A stretch of DNA of 64,000 nucleotides from Candidatus Adlerbacteria bacterium (GCA_963749085.1 CAVVLG010000002.1:19178-83177); one strand, 5' to 3'. Shown: positions 10,008-19,771, numbered from the stretch's first letter. Translations and numbers: made by a program. The notes: generated from the sequence alone by a model not told the origin.

Positions 10008-10448
10008 TCAAAAATAATGTTTGAGTAATAGCATGATGCACGCGAGCTTCACGAAGGCGGCAAAGTTCTGCAGTTTGTATTCGTAGCGAGTCACGAGCTT
10101 TCTCCAGTTGTGCATCCACGCGAACAGCCGCTCAATCTTCCACCGGCGCTTGTAGGAGCGCAGCGCCCTGCCGTCCTGTGTTGCTCTGCGCACCCGGCCT
10201 CTGCGATGCGGTGAAATGAGTTTGATGCGGTATTTGTTCAGGAGCGTTCCATCCAGCGGATCGGAATCATATGCTCGGTCAGCCGTGAGGCGAAGCGGAT
10301 TCTGTCGGGTAAATCGCCGGGCAAGCGTGTCTTCAACCAACCGGACTTCGCTCGGAGAAGCAGAGGCCACATAGACGGCGACTGGAAGAGAGCCTTCGTC
10401 CGCAATCGCCATGATCTTGGTGCCTTTCCCACGCTTCGTGGGTCCCAC
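10008..10448 (-). CDS. IS5-family transposase, C-terminal DDE ORF. It is in a different frame from the upstream ORF, implying programmed ribosomal frameshifting or a pseudogene.
   Basis: ...RAYDSDPLDGTLLNKYRIKLISPHRRGRVRRATQDGRALRSYKRRWKIERLFAWMHNWRKLVTRYE is the DDE_Tnp_1 C-terminal signature. It overlaps the N-terminal ORF by ~210 nt. Its stop codon lies in the terminal inverted repeat. Confidence 0.75.
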   Translation of the reverse strand: MGPTKRGKGTKIMAIADEGSLPVAVYVASASPSEVRLVEDTLARRFTRQNPLRLTADRAYDSDPLDGTLLNKYRIKLISPHRRGRVRRATQDGRALRSYKRRWKIERLFAWMHNWRKLVTRYEYKLQNFAAFVKLACIMLLLKHYF

Positions 10449-10780
10449 GCCAAGACCCCCTTTTTTGCCCCCGCGAAGGTGGCATCGAGAAAGCAGCTCC
10501 TGAGCTTGATGCGCCCCCGGTATTCCATGTCCATGGCCAGGGCTTCGACGATGCGGTCAAAGGCGCCGCTCTCCACCCACTGCTGGAACCTGCGATGGCA
10601 GGTCTGGTAGGGCGGGTAGTCTTTCGGCAGGTGCTTCCACTGGGCGCCGGTCTTCAGTGCCCAGAGGATACCTTCCAGTATCTTGCGGTCGTCCTGCCGG
10701 GGACGGCCGCGGGTTTCCAAACGCTTGAGGGGTGTGACAAACGGAGCGATGACGCTCCACTGCTCGTTGGTGAGAGGCAT
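10238..10780 (-). CDS. IS5-family transposase, N-terminal ORF (HTH / DUF4096-like)
   Basis: MPLTNEQWSVIAPF...ILWALKTGAQWKHLPKDYPPYQTCHRRFQQWVESGAFD is the typical IS427/IS1031-group OrfA. Confidence 0.8.
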   Translation of the reverse strand: MPLTNEQWSVIAPFVTPLKRLETRGRPRQDDRKILEGILWALKTGAQWKHLPKDYPPYQTCHRRFQQWVESGAFDRIVEALAMDMEYRGRIKLRSCFLDATFAGAKKGVLAWDPRSVGKAPRSWRLRTKALFQSPSMWPLLLRAKSGWLKTRLPGDLPDRIRFASRLTEHMIPIRWMERS

Positions 10781-10854
10781 GGGCAGGCAAATTACGGGTA
10801 ACGCCCTGTGCCTTTAGTCTACAACGGTATTTTTGAGATTGGTTCTAGGTTCAT

Positions 10855-11112
10855 ATGAAGAAAGGACATCGTGTCGCTCCTGAGGTAAAGGAGCAGATTT
10901 TAGGTCGCATTAAAAACGAAGGGGTCTCCATTGCAGAGGCAGCCAAGGAGCACGGCATCACCAGCCGGATCATTTACAAATGGCTCGGCATGGGGGCGCA
11001 GGGAGCGCCCACCTACGGGGAGGTCTCCAAACTCCGCAAGGAGAACGCCGAACTCAAACAGCTGGTGGGAGAGATCACTCTCAAGCTCTCTGAGGCCCAA
11101 AAAAAGAAGTGA
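10855..11112 (+). CDS. IS3-family transposase OrfA (HTH)
   Basis: MKKGHRVAPEVKEQILGRIKNEGVSIAEAAKEHGITSRIIYKWL...leucine-zipper-like tail. Ends at the A_AAA_AAG slippery heptamer at ~11100-11106. Confidence 0.8.
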   Translation: MKKGHRVAPEVKEQILGRIKNEGVSIAEAAKEHGITSRIIYKWLGMGAQGAPTYGEVSKLRKENAELKQLVGEITLKLSEAQKKK

Positions 11113-11927
11113 GAGACAACAGTACAGTCAACAAGACCCTGCTCGCCAAAGAGCTTGGCGTCTCGCGCCGGAGCCTCTACTACTATGCAACGAAACCAGC
11201 CAAGGACTGGACGCTCAAGTGCCGCATCGAGGAAGTACTGCGGGAGTTTCCCAGCTACGGGCACAAGCGACTGGCACTCCATCTCAAACTCAACAAGAAG
11301 CGGGTGCGCAGAGTCATGCGGCTTTTTGGCATCAAGCCCTACCGCAGGCGCGGTAGAAAACCCAAGCGGGACAAGACGCTCTCGACTCGTGCATACCCGA
11401 ACCTGCTCATGGTCATGCCGCCGGTCCGTCCACACCACATTTGGGTCGCCGACTTCACCTACCTGCCATTCCATGGACGGTTCGTGTACCTCGCCACGGT
11501 CATGGATGTTTTTGGCAGGGAGATTGTCGGCTGGAGCGTGCTCACGACGCACTCAACGCAGTTAGTACTCGGAGCGCTGTTTTCGGCCCTGCAGCAGCGA
11601 CCGCCTCCAGCGGTCTTCCACAGCGACAACGGTAGAGAGTATGGGTCCAAGGGCTTCATCGAAGCGCTCACCCTCTTGGGTGTTGCGGTATCCCGCTCAA
11701 AGAAAAGTTGTCCATGGGAGAACGGGTATCAAGAAAGTTTCTACTCTCAGTTCAAGGTGGACTTGGGAGATCCGGAGCGCTTTGAAACGCTTGGTGAGCT
11801 GGTGTATGAAATCCATCAGGCGATATGCCACTACAACACGAGGCGCATCCATTCCAGACTCCGGATGCCGCCCGCAGTGTTTGCCGCCGCTCACAGAACT
11901 GCTACACTACAAGCAATCGTTCACTAG
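11109..11927 (+). CDS. IS3-family transposase OrfB (DDE integrase core), reached by a -1 frameshift from OrfA
   Basis: HIWVADFTYLP...HSDNGREYGSKGF...SKKSCPWENGYQESF is the rve integrase DDE motif. It overlaps the orfA end. Confidence 0.8.
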   Translation: MRDNSTVNKTLLAKELGVSRRSLYYYATKPAKDWTLKCRIEEVLREFPSYGHKRLALHLKLNKKRVRRVMRLFGIKPYRRRGRKPKRDKTLSTRAYPNLLMVMPPVRPHHIWVADFTYLPFHGRFVYLATVMDVFGREIVGWSVLTTHSTQLVLGALFSALQQRPPPAVFHSDNGREYGSKGFIEALTLLGVAVSRSKKSCPWENGYQESFYSQFKVDLGDPERFETLGELVYEIHQAICHYNTRRIHSRLRMPPAVFAAAHRTATLQAIVH

Positions 11928-11960
11928 GTGCGCAAAGAAAAGGGTACCTTGCACTCTCTG

Positions 11961-12041
11961 TGCCGGAGGTGGGACTTGAACCCACATCCCTTGCGAGACA
12001 CGATTTTGAGTCGTGCGCGTATACCATTCCGCCACTCCGGC
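11961..12041 (-). tRNA. tRNA-Leu (anticodon CAA), long variable arm, no encoded CCA
   Basis: Reverse complement GCCGGAG...CACGA-CTCAAAA-TCGTG...long variable arm...GTGGGTTCAAGTCCCAC-CTCCGGC-A. The IS3 right end lies 7 bp from its 3' end. Confidence 0.8.
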
Positions 12042-12061
12042 CTCGTGCTAGAATATCTTTT

Positions 12062-13018
12062 ATGTCGCAGTTTTACAATAACGCTATTTTCTGGGTCGAA
12101 GTCGAGAAGATAAAGCCAAATCCTTTTCAGCCTCGCAAGGAGTTCGACGAGGCGAAACTCGCCGACCTCGCCCGCTCCATACGCCAGTACGGCGTCATTC
12201 AGCCGCTCACCGTCACCCGCAAAGAAGTGACGAAGGGGGATGGCGGTCTTGTTGCCGAATATGAGCTTATTTCGGGGGAGCGTCGTCTGCGTGCTGCCAA
12301 AATAGCCGGTGTTCGCGAAGTACCCGTCCTTATCCGCGAGGGCATGGATGATGATAAGACAAAACTGGAATTGGCCATCATCGAGAATCTCCAGCGGGAG
12401 GACCTCAATCCGATAGACCGCGCCAAAGCGTTCGCTCAACTTGTCGATGATTTTGGTTTTAAACACAACCAGATAGCCGAGAAGATAGGCAAAAGCCGAG
12501 AGTACGTAAGCAACAGCATTCGTTTGCTCGCAATGCCCCAGGAAATGCAGGATGCACTTTCGGAAGGCAAAATCTCGGAAGGACATACGAGGCCGCTTCT
12601 CATGCTCACGGATCGTCCCAAAGAGCAGGAAACGTTGTTTCGCGAAATAATGCTTAAGCGCCTCACGGTCCGCGACACCGAAAGCATCGCGCGTCGCATT
12701 GCCACCGACCGCGTGCGTAAGAAAGAGTATCTGTATTCGCCCGAGGTATTGGCGATGGAGAAAGAACTGACTGAATCCTTAGGTACTCGGGTAGCCATTG
12801 AGACCAAAGAGAATGGGGGTAAACTCTCCATTGATTTCATGAGCGAGGATGATCTGCGCACGCTCTTTGCAACCTTGGCGGCCCGTGTCGCGGCCTCTCC
12901 AAAACCTATTGCGTCTGAATCTACTCCCGATATTCCCGTGCAGGAACTCGACGACCGTTCCAAAGACGAAAGAGCGGAGGATGAGAACACCTTCGATCCA
13001 AGCAGTTTTTCCATCTAA
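12062..13018 (+). CDS. parB: Chromosome partitioning protein ParB/Spo0J
   Basis: [51 protein letters not shown]...[14 protein letters not shown]...[23 protein letters not shown] is the ParB box. The start was re-set to the ATG at 12062 because the track ORF runs through the tRNA-Leu. Confidence 0.85.
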   Translation: MSQFYNNAIFWVEVEKIKPNPFQPRKEFDEAKLADLARSIRQYGVIQPLTVTRKEVTKGDGGLVAEYELISGERRLRAAKIAGVREVPVLIREGMDDDKTKLELAIIENLQREDLNPIDRAKAFAQLVDDFGFKHNQIAEKIGKSREYVSNSIRLLAMPQEMQDALSEGKISEGHTRPLLMLTDRPKEQETLFREIMLKRLTVRDTESIARRIATDRVRKKEYLYSPEVLAMEKELTESLGTRVAIETKENGGKLSIDFMSEDDLRTLFATLAARVAASPKPIASESTPDIPVQELDDRSKDERAEDENTFDPSSFSI

Positions 13019-14577
13019 GCTTTCTTCTCTTTGTCGAGTGCACTGCGAATGTGCCGGCGCGCAAGGGTAGTCTTGGCAAAATCAAGCCACTTGACCTTCG
13101 GGTGAGCAGTTTTTTTGGTCTGAATTTCGACAATGTCGCCGTTGTGGAGCACAGTGTCGAGCTGGACTAATTTATTGTTGACTTTGACGCCGAACACATG
13201 GTCGCCGATATCGGAATGTATGGCGTATGCAAAATCTATGGGACTCGAATTAGTTGGCAAATCGACCACGTCGCCGGTTGGGGTGAATACGAACACCCGC
13301 CAGTTGAATATGTCGGTTTTGAGTGTGGTTTCAAAATCGGGATCCTGAACACCGTCGGTGATATCAGAGAGCCACTCCGGGCCGCCTTTTGCTCCGTAGC
13401 GCGCGCGTTTGCCAATCTCGGTTTGCGAAACTCCTTTCTTGTTTGGTGCTGCCGTGCTGCGCTGGGTAAATCTGGGTATAAGACTTTTTATCCAATCAAA
13501 ACTTGACCCGCGTGCACTACTGCTGTGTGAGGAGGAAATATTGTGCGAACCCCCGTCCTTATATCCGACGTGCGCCGCAATGCCGTACTCCGCTTCCAAA
13601 TGCATCTCCTCAGTGCGGATTTGTATCTCGACAATGCCGCCGTCGCCGGAGAAGACAGTGGTGTGGACGCTTTGATAGCCGTTGGGCTTCGGGAAGGCGA
13701 TGTAGTCCTTTATTTTGTTCGGGAGCGGCTGCCAGAGATTGTTCACGAGCCCCAGCACGCGATAGCAGTCGGAAACGTCTTTGACGATGATGCGCAGCGC
13801 CGCGATGTCGTAGATTTTTTCGATGTCGCCTTCCTTGCGCTGGAGCTTGCGCCAGAGACTGTAGATCCCTTTGATGCGGTAATCAGTTCGAAACTCGGTG
13901 ATGTCATTTTTTGCGAGCTCCTTGCGGAGCGTTTTTTGCATTTTCTCAAGCTGTCGGATAGTCTCTTTCGAACGCTCAGCCAGCAATTTTTTCGTTTTCT
14001 TGTATTCATCCGGCAGCGCATACTCAAAGGCCAGATCCTCAAGCTCCCGGCGCACGACTCCCATGCCGAGCCGGTGGGCTATGGCCGCATATATCTCCAT
14101 CGTCTCAAGCGCGATACGCTCCCGCTTTTGAGCGGGCACGTGCGCAAGGGTGCGCATGTTGTGGAGGCGATCCATGAGCTTGATGATAAGGACGCGCGCG
14201 TCCTTGCCAGTTGCCACCAGCAATTTGCGCAGACTTTCACGGTGGCGTTCGGCCCCACGGTATTTAAGCCGTCCGAGCTTCGTAACCCCCTCCACCAAAA
14301 ATCGCACCTCTTTACCAAACTCCTTTTCCAGTGTTTCCGGCGAGACACCCACGTCCTCGATGCTATCGTGCAAAAGCGCCGCGGCGACCGTGCTGGCGCC
14401 AAGCCCCAATTCCGCTATGCCCTTGGCCGTCTCGACCAAGTGGGTAAGATAGGGCTCGCCGCTGAATCTCGTGTGGTCCTTATGGGCCTCGGCAGCAAAG
14501 GCGTAGGCTTTCTCGACCAGCGCTTTGTCCTCCGGGCTCGGCGCGCTCATTTTCTGGAGTATGTCCTCTGCCCCCAT
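13015..14577 (-). CDS. rel: (p)ppGpp synthetase/hydrolase Rel/SpoT family (HD, RelA_SpoT and TGS domains; short 520-aa form)
   Basis: HD motif region HDSIEDV. Synthetase region ...IKDYIAFPKPNGYQSVHT. TGS-like C-terminus VFTPTGDVVDLP. Confidence 0.85.
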   Translation of the reverse strand: MGAEDILQKMSAPSPEDKALVEKAYAFAAEAHKDHTRFSGEPYLTHLVETAKGIAELGLGASTVAAALLHDSIEDVGVSPETLEKEFGKEVRFLVEGVTKLGRLKYRGAERHRESLRKLLVATGKDARVLIIKLMDRLHNMRTLAHVPAQKRERIALETMEIYAAIAHRLGMGVVRRELEDLAFEYALPDEYKKTKKLLAERSKETIRQLEKMQKTLRKELAKNDITEFRTDYRIKGIYSLWRKLQRKEGDIEKIYDIAALRIIVKDVSDCYRVLGLVNNLWQPLPNKIKDYIAFPKPNGYQSVHTTVFSGDGGIVEIQIRTEEMHLEAEYGIAAHVGYKDGGSHNISSSHSSSARGSSFDWIKSLIPRFTQRSTAAPNKKGVSQTEIGKRARYGAKGGPEWLSDITDGVQDPDFETTLKTDIFNWRVFVFTPTGDVVDLPTNSSPIDFAYAIHSDIGDHVFGVKVNNKLVQLDTVLHNGDIVEIQTKKTAHPKVKWLDFAKTTLARRHIRSALDKEKKA

Positions 14578-14627
14578 ATCAGAAGTCTACTCTTTCTTGA
14601 GGAGAGGAACAAATCTCGCAATAATTG

Positions 14628-16838
14628 TTACTTTTTTTTCCTCACGAATCCTCTTTTCTTTTTTTCTTCTTTCAAAATCTCCAGAGCCCGCGGGAGCTCA
14701 ATGGTATACACGTCATCAGTTTTCAACGATCGGAAATCTTTCTCATGCACGATGAAGGGTCCGAAACGGCCTATGGATGCGGTAATAGGCTCATGCGTCT
14801 CGGGGTGGTTACCCAGGACGCGGGGGAGCGCCAGGTACTTGAGCGCTTCCTGCAAACTGACGCTTTCAGGATCCTTGTCTTTGGGGAGCGACGCGCGCTT
14901 GGGCTTCACTCTCGCTGCTTTGCCCCTGACTCCTTTTTTCTTGCTTTCGCCCAATTGCACAAAGGGACCGAAACGACCGCTGAGCACATACACGAACTCG
15001 CCGGTCTTTGGATCCGTGCCCAAGGGTTTTGCCGGTTCATTGGATATGGCCTCGCCTTGCTCGGTGCGTGCTCCATGGCACTCAGGAAAGCGCGAACACG
15101 ACATGAATTTGCCTTGGCGGGAGAGTTTATACACCATGGGAGCGCCGCATAGGGGACAGGTAAACTCTGCAGGCACGGGCCCCAGGTCAGTCAATTTACC
15201 CGCTTCCTTGTCTTTTATTCTTACTTCCTTATGAAACGGCGTGTAAAAATCACTGAGTGTTTTTTTATATTCCCGTTTACCTTCGGCTATCTCGTCGAGC
15301 TCGTCCTCCATTTCCGCAGTGAAGGTGTCGCTGATATAGGTAGGGAAGTTGTCTTCAAGGAAAGTCGAGACGACGTCGCCGGTGTCGGTAGGTTTCAGCG
15401 TCCGGCCCTCTTTTTCTACATACCCGCGCGCATCAAGGGTGCGCATGATTGATGCATAGGTTGAGGGGCGGCCGATGCCGCGCTTTTCAAGTTCCCTGAT
15501 AAGGCCGGCTTCGGTGTAGCGCGGCGGGGGCGTGGTTTGTTTTTCTTCAGCTGAAATATCTCTGACCTCCAACGACTCCCCAGTAGATACTTTCGGCAGC
15601 TCGACATCTTCGCCGCGGGCCTCCGGGTCGGCTTTGAGCCATCCATCGAACACTACACGCGAACCGTTGGCCACGAAGGAAGGTATGTGGTTGTCTTTAG
15701 TTTTCGCCTCAATCTTAGTGCGCAAGACTTTCGCGTCCGCCATTTGTGAAGCCATGGCACGCGACCAGATAAGCTTATAGAGCCTCTTTTGCTCCGGGGT
15801 CGTACCGGAGTTCTCTTTTTCTATGTGCGTCGGGCGAATAGCCTCGTGCGCTTCCTGCGCATTTTTTGATTTGGCGGTATATACGTGCGACTCGGCATAC
15901 TCTTTACCGAACTTTTTTTCAACCTGAGCAAGAATCGCGGCACGCGCCGGAGCTCCGAGATTTGTCGAGTCGGTGCGCATGTAGGTAATATGGCCCGCTT
16001 CATAGAGCCGCTGGGCCACCTGCATGGTGCGGGAAGGAGAGAACCCGAGCCTTGAGCTTGCGGTTTGCTGGAGTGTTGAGGTAGTGAAGGGCGCCCTTGG
16101 AGTGCGCTTGGCTTCCGCTTCGTTCACCTCAAAGACCGCGAGTCCATCTTTTTTAACTGCGGCTATGATGGTATCAACCTCATCCCTTTTCTTGGGTTCT
16201 TCAGCGCACGTGAGTAGAAGCGAGTCATGGCGGGGAGTCTCGGTCTGGGCTGTTATCACATAAAAGGTTTCGGGCTTAAAGGCGCGAATTTCACGTTCGC
16301 GCTCCATAATGATGCGCAACGCTGGCGACTGCACGCGGCCCGCCGAGAGCCCGTAACGGACTTTCTTCCATATAAGCCCAGAGAGGTCGTATCCCACGAG
16401 CCTATCGAGTACCCTCCGAGCCTCCTGTGCCAGGCGCAGATGCTCATCTATCGTGCGTGGATGAGCCAGGGCTTCCTCAATAGCCTCTTTGGTTATCTCG
16501 TGAAAAACAATACGCTCAGGCTTCTTGAGCCCCAATTCTTCCTTTATATGCCACGCAATAGCCTCCCCCTCACGGTCGGGGTCGGTGGCAAGTATGACCT
16601 CGTCGGCCTTCTTAGCCAGGGCTTTGAGGTCGTGGATGATATGCGCCTTGCCGGGGACCACCTCATAGTGGGGAATAAAGCCTCCGGGAATGTCTATCGC
16701 TTTTTTATTTGATTTCGGCAGGTCGCGCACGTGGCCAACCGAGGCACGCACGAGAAAGTCGCCTTTGGAATCAATAGAGTCCAAATATTTCTCAATAGTC
16801 TTCGCTTTGGCGGGCGACTCGACGATAACCAGTTTCAT
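14628..16838 (-). CDS. topA: DNA topoisomerase I
   Basis: Toprim N-terminus MKLVIVESPAKAKTIEKYL...GHVRDLP. Catalytic region ...YTEAGLIRELEKRGIGRPSTYA. C-terminal Zn-ribbon repeats CPLCGAPM. Confidence 0.9.
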   Translation of the reverse strand: MKLVIVESPAKAKTIEKYLDSIDSKGDFLVRASVGHVRDLPKSNKKAIDIPGGFIPHYEVVPGKAHIIHDLKALAKKADEVILATDPDREGEAIAWHIKEELGLKKPERIVFHEITKEAIEEALAHPRTIDEHLRLAQEARRVLDRLVGYDLSGLIWKKVRYGLSAGRVQSPALRIIMEREREIRAFKPETFYVITAQTETPRHDSLLLTCAEEPKKRDEVDTIIAAVKKDGLAVFEVNEAEAKRTPRAPFTTSTLQQTASSRLGFSPSRTMQVAQRLYEAGHITYMRTDSTNLGAPARAAILAQVEKKFGKEYAESHVYTAKSKNAQEAHEAIRPTHIEKENSGTTPEQKRLYKLIWSRAMASQMADAKVLRTKIEAKTKDNHIPSFVANGSRVVFDGWLKADPEARGEDVELPKVSTGESLEVRDISAEEKQTTPPPRYTEAGLIRELEKRGIGRPSTYASIMRTLDARGYVEKEGRTLKPTDTGDVVSTFLEDNFPTYISDTFTAEMEDELDEIAEGKREYKKTLSDFYTPFHKEVRIKDKEAGKLTDLGPVPAEFTCPLCGAPMVYKLSRQGKFMSCSRFPECHGARTEQGEAISNEPAKPLGTDPKTGEFVYVLSGRFGPFVQLGESKKKGVRGKAARVKPKRASLPKDKDPESVSLQEALKYLALPRVLGNHPETHEPITASIGRFGPFIVHEKDFRSLKTDDVYTIELPRALEILKEEKKKRGFVRKKK

Positions 16839-16888
16839 TCAGTGCTTACATTGATATACCAGATACGAAAATAATGCAAAGGGTTGAT

Positions 16889-16918
16889 TAAAAAATTGCT
16901 CCCGCGCAATGCGGGAGC
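16889..16918 (-). terminator. Intrinsic terminator downstream of the minus-strand HTH gene
   Basis: On the minus strand: GCTCCCGCATTGCGCGGGAGC hairpin followed by TTTTTT. Confidence 0.6.
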
Positions 16919-16925
16919 AGCTGAC

Positions 16926-17453
16926 TCATCGATACCACTTGAAGGCGATCGCTGCGATCTCGCGGCGAGTGAGATCGTTGGGATTTCCGGATACTTCGCT
17001 CGGAGTCGGAAAAGGTGAGCGTCTTCCGCCGAAGTCGTGATCGTTCACGAGACGCTCTACGACGGAAGAAGTTCCCGGCGCAATACCTGCACGAGCTGGC
17101 AGTGGTAAAGTGAAACTTTCTTTTGCCGAGGCTTTTTTTACAGTCCGCCCTTGTGCTTGCAGCGTATTGAGAGAAACGACGTTTGTCTGTGAACCCACCC
17201 CAGGTATTGCTACAGTGGGTATCGGAACCGCCCTTTTTCCTTTCGAGCCGCGCAAGGCCATGGTAGTCGGATGGTTTACAGGTTGGTTCCACGCTCCCTC
17301 GTTTTTCTTTTTGCGCACGATTTTCGCCCGAAAGAGAAGGCCAGCTATTTGGCTCTGCCCGACCCCGGTCATTTCTTCGATCTTTGAATTACTGAGCCCT
17401 TGTCTTCCGAGTCTTAGTACCTCAGCTTTCTTTGCCTCACTGGGTGGTGACAT
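16926..17453 (-). CDS. HTH-domain protein (sigma-70 region-4/LuxR-like helix-turn-helix at the N-terminus), function unknown
   Basis: AKKAEVLRLGRQGLSNSKIEEMTGVGQSQIAGLLFRAKI. A strong RBS AAGGAGACGTTCATG selects the MSPPSE start at 17453. Confidence 0.5.
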   Translation of the reverse strand: MSPPSEAKKAEVLRLGRQGLSNSKIEEMTGVGQSQIAGLLFRAKIVRKKKNEGAWNQPVNHPTTMALRGSKGKRAVPIPTVAIPGVGSQTNVVSLNTLQAQGRTVKKASAKESFTLPLPARAGIAPGTSSVVERLVNDHDFGGRRSPFPTPSEVSGNPNDLTRREIAAIAFKWYR

Positions 17454-17629
17454 GAACGTCTCCTTGCCTGTTGTGTGTAACGAACGCAACTCCTGGCACT
17501 GTACTATATCCCCCTAGTCTTGCCTATAGGTTCTGAGATGAACCTATAGACGAGGGGAGAAATATACGAGAAGAGTATCTTCGGCGGTTGTCGCAATGGG
17601 TATTGCATTGTAGGCTATACTTATATTCT

Positions 17630-18916
17630 ATGCTCGATATACAATTTATCCGCGAAAATCCTGATCTGGTTCGCGCAGCGATAAAGAACAAAAACCGCGA
17701 AGGCATAGATCTTGATCGTATCTTGATGCTTGCCGACGAGCGCAAAAAGGCTTCCGGAATAATCTCCGAGGTCAACCGCAAGCGCGGAGAGACGCAGGAG
17801 TTGCGCGATGCCGAAGCCGGCAAGAAGCTCAAGGATGAGCTCAAAACGGCGGAAGAGAAGTACCAAGCCATAGAGAAGGAATTAGTGTCCCTTCTCATTA
17901 AAATACCTAACGTTCCTTCGGCCGATACACCGGTGGGGAAGGATGAGTCCGGCAACAAAGTCATCCGCACCTGGGGAAATAAACCAAAATTTTCATTCAC
18001 CCCTAAAGCGCACTGGGACATTGGCAGGGAACTCGGCATTATCGACAGCGAAAAAGCGGCGGAGATAAGTGGCACGCGCTTCACATATCTCAAAGGCGAT
18101 TTGGTGCTGATGCAGTCAGCGCTTATGGACTTTGCGATCCGGGTGCTTACGTCCGAAGACGCGTTGCAGAAAATCATTCGCGTGGCGGGACTCTCTGTTT
18201 CAAGCAAGCCGTTTGTGCCGGTCATACCGCCCCTTATGATGCATGCGCAGGTTATGAACCGCATGGCGCGCCTGGATCCCATTGAAGACCGTTTTTATCT
18301 TGAGAAGGACAATCTGGTCTTAATAGGCAGTGCCGAACATACTCTAGGACCCCTTCATATGGACGAGGTGCTTGAGGAAGTACGACTGCCTCTACGCTAT
18401 GTGGCCGTGACGCCGGCATTTCGCCGCGAGGCAGGCGCGGCGGGGAAGGATACGCGCGGAATTTTGCGTTTGCATCAATTCGACAAAATGGAAATGGAAT
18501 CCTTTACCAAACCGGAAGACGGCCTTACGGAACAGGATCTTATGGTTGCGATACAGGAGCACCTTATGCAGCAGCTTAAGTTGCCTTACCAGGTCGTGGC
18601 TGTGTGCACGGGTGATATGGGTTTCCCCGACCAGCGCCAAATAGACGTTGAAGCCTGGATGGCAGGGCAAAACACATTCCGCGAAACACACACCTCCGAC
18701 TATATCGGCGGATTCCAGGCTCGGCGTCTCAACACTCGGTTAAAGCGCACAAACGGTGAAAAGGAACCGGTGCATATGAACGACGCCACCGCGCTATCCC
18801 AGCGCCCGCTCATCGCCATTCTTGAAAATTATCAAAATGAAGACGGCTCAGTTATGGTTCCCGAAGTCCTGCGCCCCCATATGGGGAAGGATCGCATCGA
18901 AAAGGTAAAGATATAG
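17630..18916 (+). CDS. serS: Seryl-tRNA synthetase
   Basis: N-terminal coiled-coil MLDIQFIRENPDLV.... Class II motifs ...VAVTPAFRREAGAAGKDTRGILRLHQFDKMEME... and GxGxxRxxxA. Confidence 0.9.
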   Translation: MLDIQFIRENPDLVRAAIKNKNREGIDLDRILMLADERKKASGIISEVNRKRGETQELRDAEAGKKLKDELKTAEEKYQAIEKELVSLLIKIPNVPSADTPVGKDESGNKVIRTWGNKPKFSFTPKAHWDIGRELGIIDSEKAAEISGTRFTYLKGDLVLMQSALMDFAIRVLTSEDALQKIIRVAGLSVSSKPFVPVIPPLMMHAQVMNRMARLDPIEDRFYLEKDNLVLIGSAEHTLGPLHMDEVLEEVRLPLRYVAVTPAFRREAGAAGKDTRGILRLHQFDKMEMESFTKPEDGLTEQDLMVAIQEHLMQQLKLPYQVVAVCTGDMGFPDQRQIDVEAWMAGQNTFRETHTSDYIGGFQARRLNTRLKRTNGEKEPVHMNDATALSQRPLIAILENYQNEDGSVMVPEVLRPHMGKDRIEKVKI

Positions 18917-18919
18917 ATT

Positions 18920-19771
18920 ATGGATCGGGCGATACTCGGGGAGTCCAGAGTGCGCGCACGGCGTCGGCGTCGCCGGATATTTGCCACATTATTCATTTTT
19001 TTCCTCCTGGCGCTTATATTCGGCGGAGTGGTGTGGCTTTCTCGCGATCCGTTTTTGCGCCTCACAGGGGTGGAGGTCTCTGGAGCACAGACGCTCTCGA
19101 CCTCAACCATTACCGCCTATGTGGAGCAACAAATCTCAGGCTATTACTATCACCTATTTCCGAAGAACAATTTCTTTCTCTATCCGAAATCGGCAATCTC
19201 TGAGGGCCTCCTCACTTTCATGCCGACGCTTCAGAGCGTGAGCGTCGGCACTCAGGGCCTCCATACTATTGCAGTGGTAATCGTCGAGCGCACACCGGAG
19301 GCGCTGTGGTGCGGCTCGGCTTCTTCTACTCCGGGAGAAGCCGCATCGTGCTCGTATATGGATCAACATGGCGTTGTTTATGCGCCGGCCCCTACGCTCT
19401 CAAGTGGCGGCACCTCAGAGCCGCTGCCCGGATATGAATCCTATTATGGCACTCTCAGCAACACCTCCCCGCCGCAGTATCTCAGCCCTCCACAGTTCCA
19501 GTCGCTCTCAACACTTATCAACGCTCTGGCCACGCAAACTGCCACTGACACTATCCAAAGCGTGTTTGTCGACAACAGTGACGACGTCTACGTGCAGTTT
19601 CTCAGCGGCTTTCAGCTTATTTTCGCCCTCAGCGACGCCGGCGGCGATGTCTATCAGCGTTTTGAATTGGCGCTCCAGTCCAACCTGTTCAAGTCGCATC
19701 CGTTGTCGGACTTTGGGTATCTCGACCTGCGCTTCGGCGACAAGCTGTACTACATGCTCAAATCGCCGTAA
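18920..19771 (+). CDS. Cell-division protein FtsQ/DivIB-like (TM helix and POTRA domain)
   Basis: An Arg-rich N-terminus, then a TM helix, then LTGVEVSGAQTLSTSTITAYVEQ... which is POTRA-like. Confidence 0.5.
   Translation: MDRAILGESRVRARRRRRRIFATLFIFFLLALIFGGVVWLSRDPFLRLTGVEVSGAQTLSTSTITAYVEQQISGYYYHLFPKNNFFLYPKSAISEGLLTFMPTLQSVSVGTQGLHTIAVVIVERTPEALWCGSASSTPGEAASCSYMDQHGVVYAPAPTLSSGGTSEPLPGYESYYGTLSNTSPPQYLSPPQFQSLSTLINALATQTATDTIQSVFVDNSDDVYVQFLSGFQLIFALSDAGGDVYQRFELALQSNLFKSHPLSDFGYLDLRFGDKLYYMLKSP

Larger units (their letters stand above)
9996..10848 (-). mobile_element. IS5-family insertion sequence (IS427/IS1031-like), ~853 bp, nested inside the IS3 element
   Basis: 21-bp terminal inverted repeats with 1 mismatch: CTAGAACCAGTCTCAAAAATA at 9996-10016 and TATTTTTGAGATTGGTTCTAG at 10828-10848. 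Two overlapping transposase ORFs lie between them. Bounded by CTAG on both sides, consistent with a CTAG target. Confidence 0.75.
9937..11953 (+). mobile_element. IS3-family insertion sequence (composite length ~2.0 kb because an IS5-family element is nested in its left end); its own length is ~1.16 kb
   Basis: Left end TGGCAGGTCCCCCAAAATTTTCTCACCAAGT at 9937. Right end GAAAAGGGTACCTTGCA ending at 11953; its reverse complement matches the left end of the second copy at 63820. Contains orfA and orfB with an A_AAA_AAG frameshift site. Ends TG...CA. Confidence 0.7.

Noticed and set aside
11825-13018. Track ORF of 397 aa as the ParB gene start
   Set aside because: Its first ~80 codons run through the IS3 right end and the tRNA-Leu gene on the opposite strand. 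The conserved ParB N-terminus begins at the ATG at 12062.
13543-15234. 563-aa ORF on the plus strand spanning the rel/spoT and topA loci
   Set aside because: It lies entirely antisense to two well-supported genes with strong motif evidence. There is no RBS and the composition is low-complexity. It is a typical high-GC antisense open frame.
17490-17630. Possible T-box or other riboswitch leader upstream of serS
   Set aside because: Only ~175 nt of intergenic sequence with one 9-bp hairpin (CCTATAGGTTC...GAACCTATAG). It is too short, and no specifier-loop or T-box consensus (AATTAGGGTGGNACCGCG) is visible.
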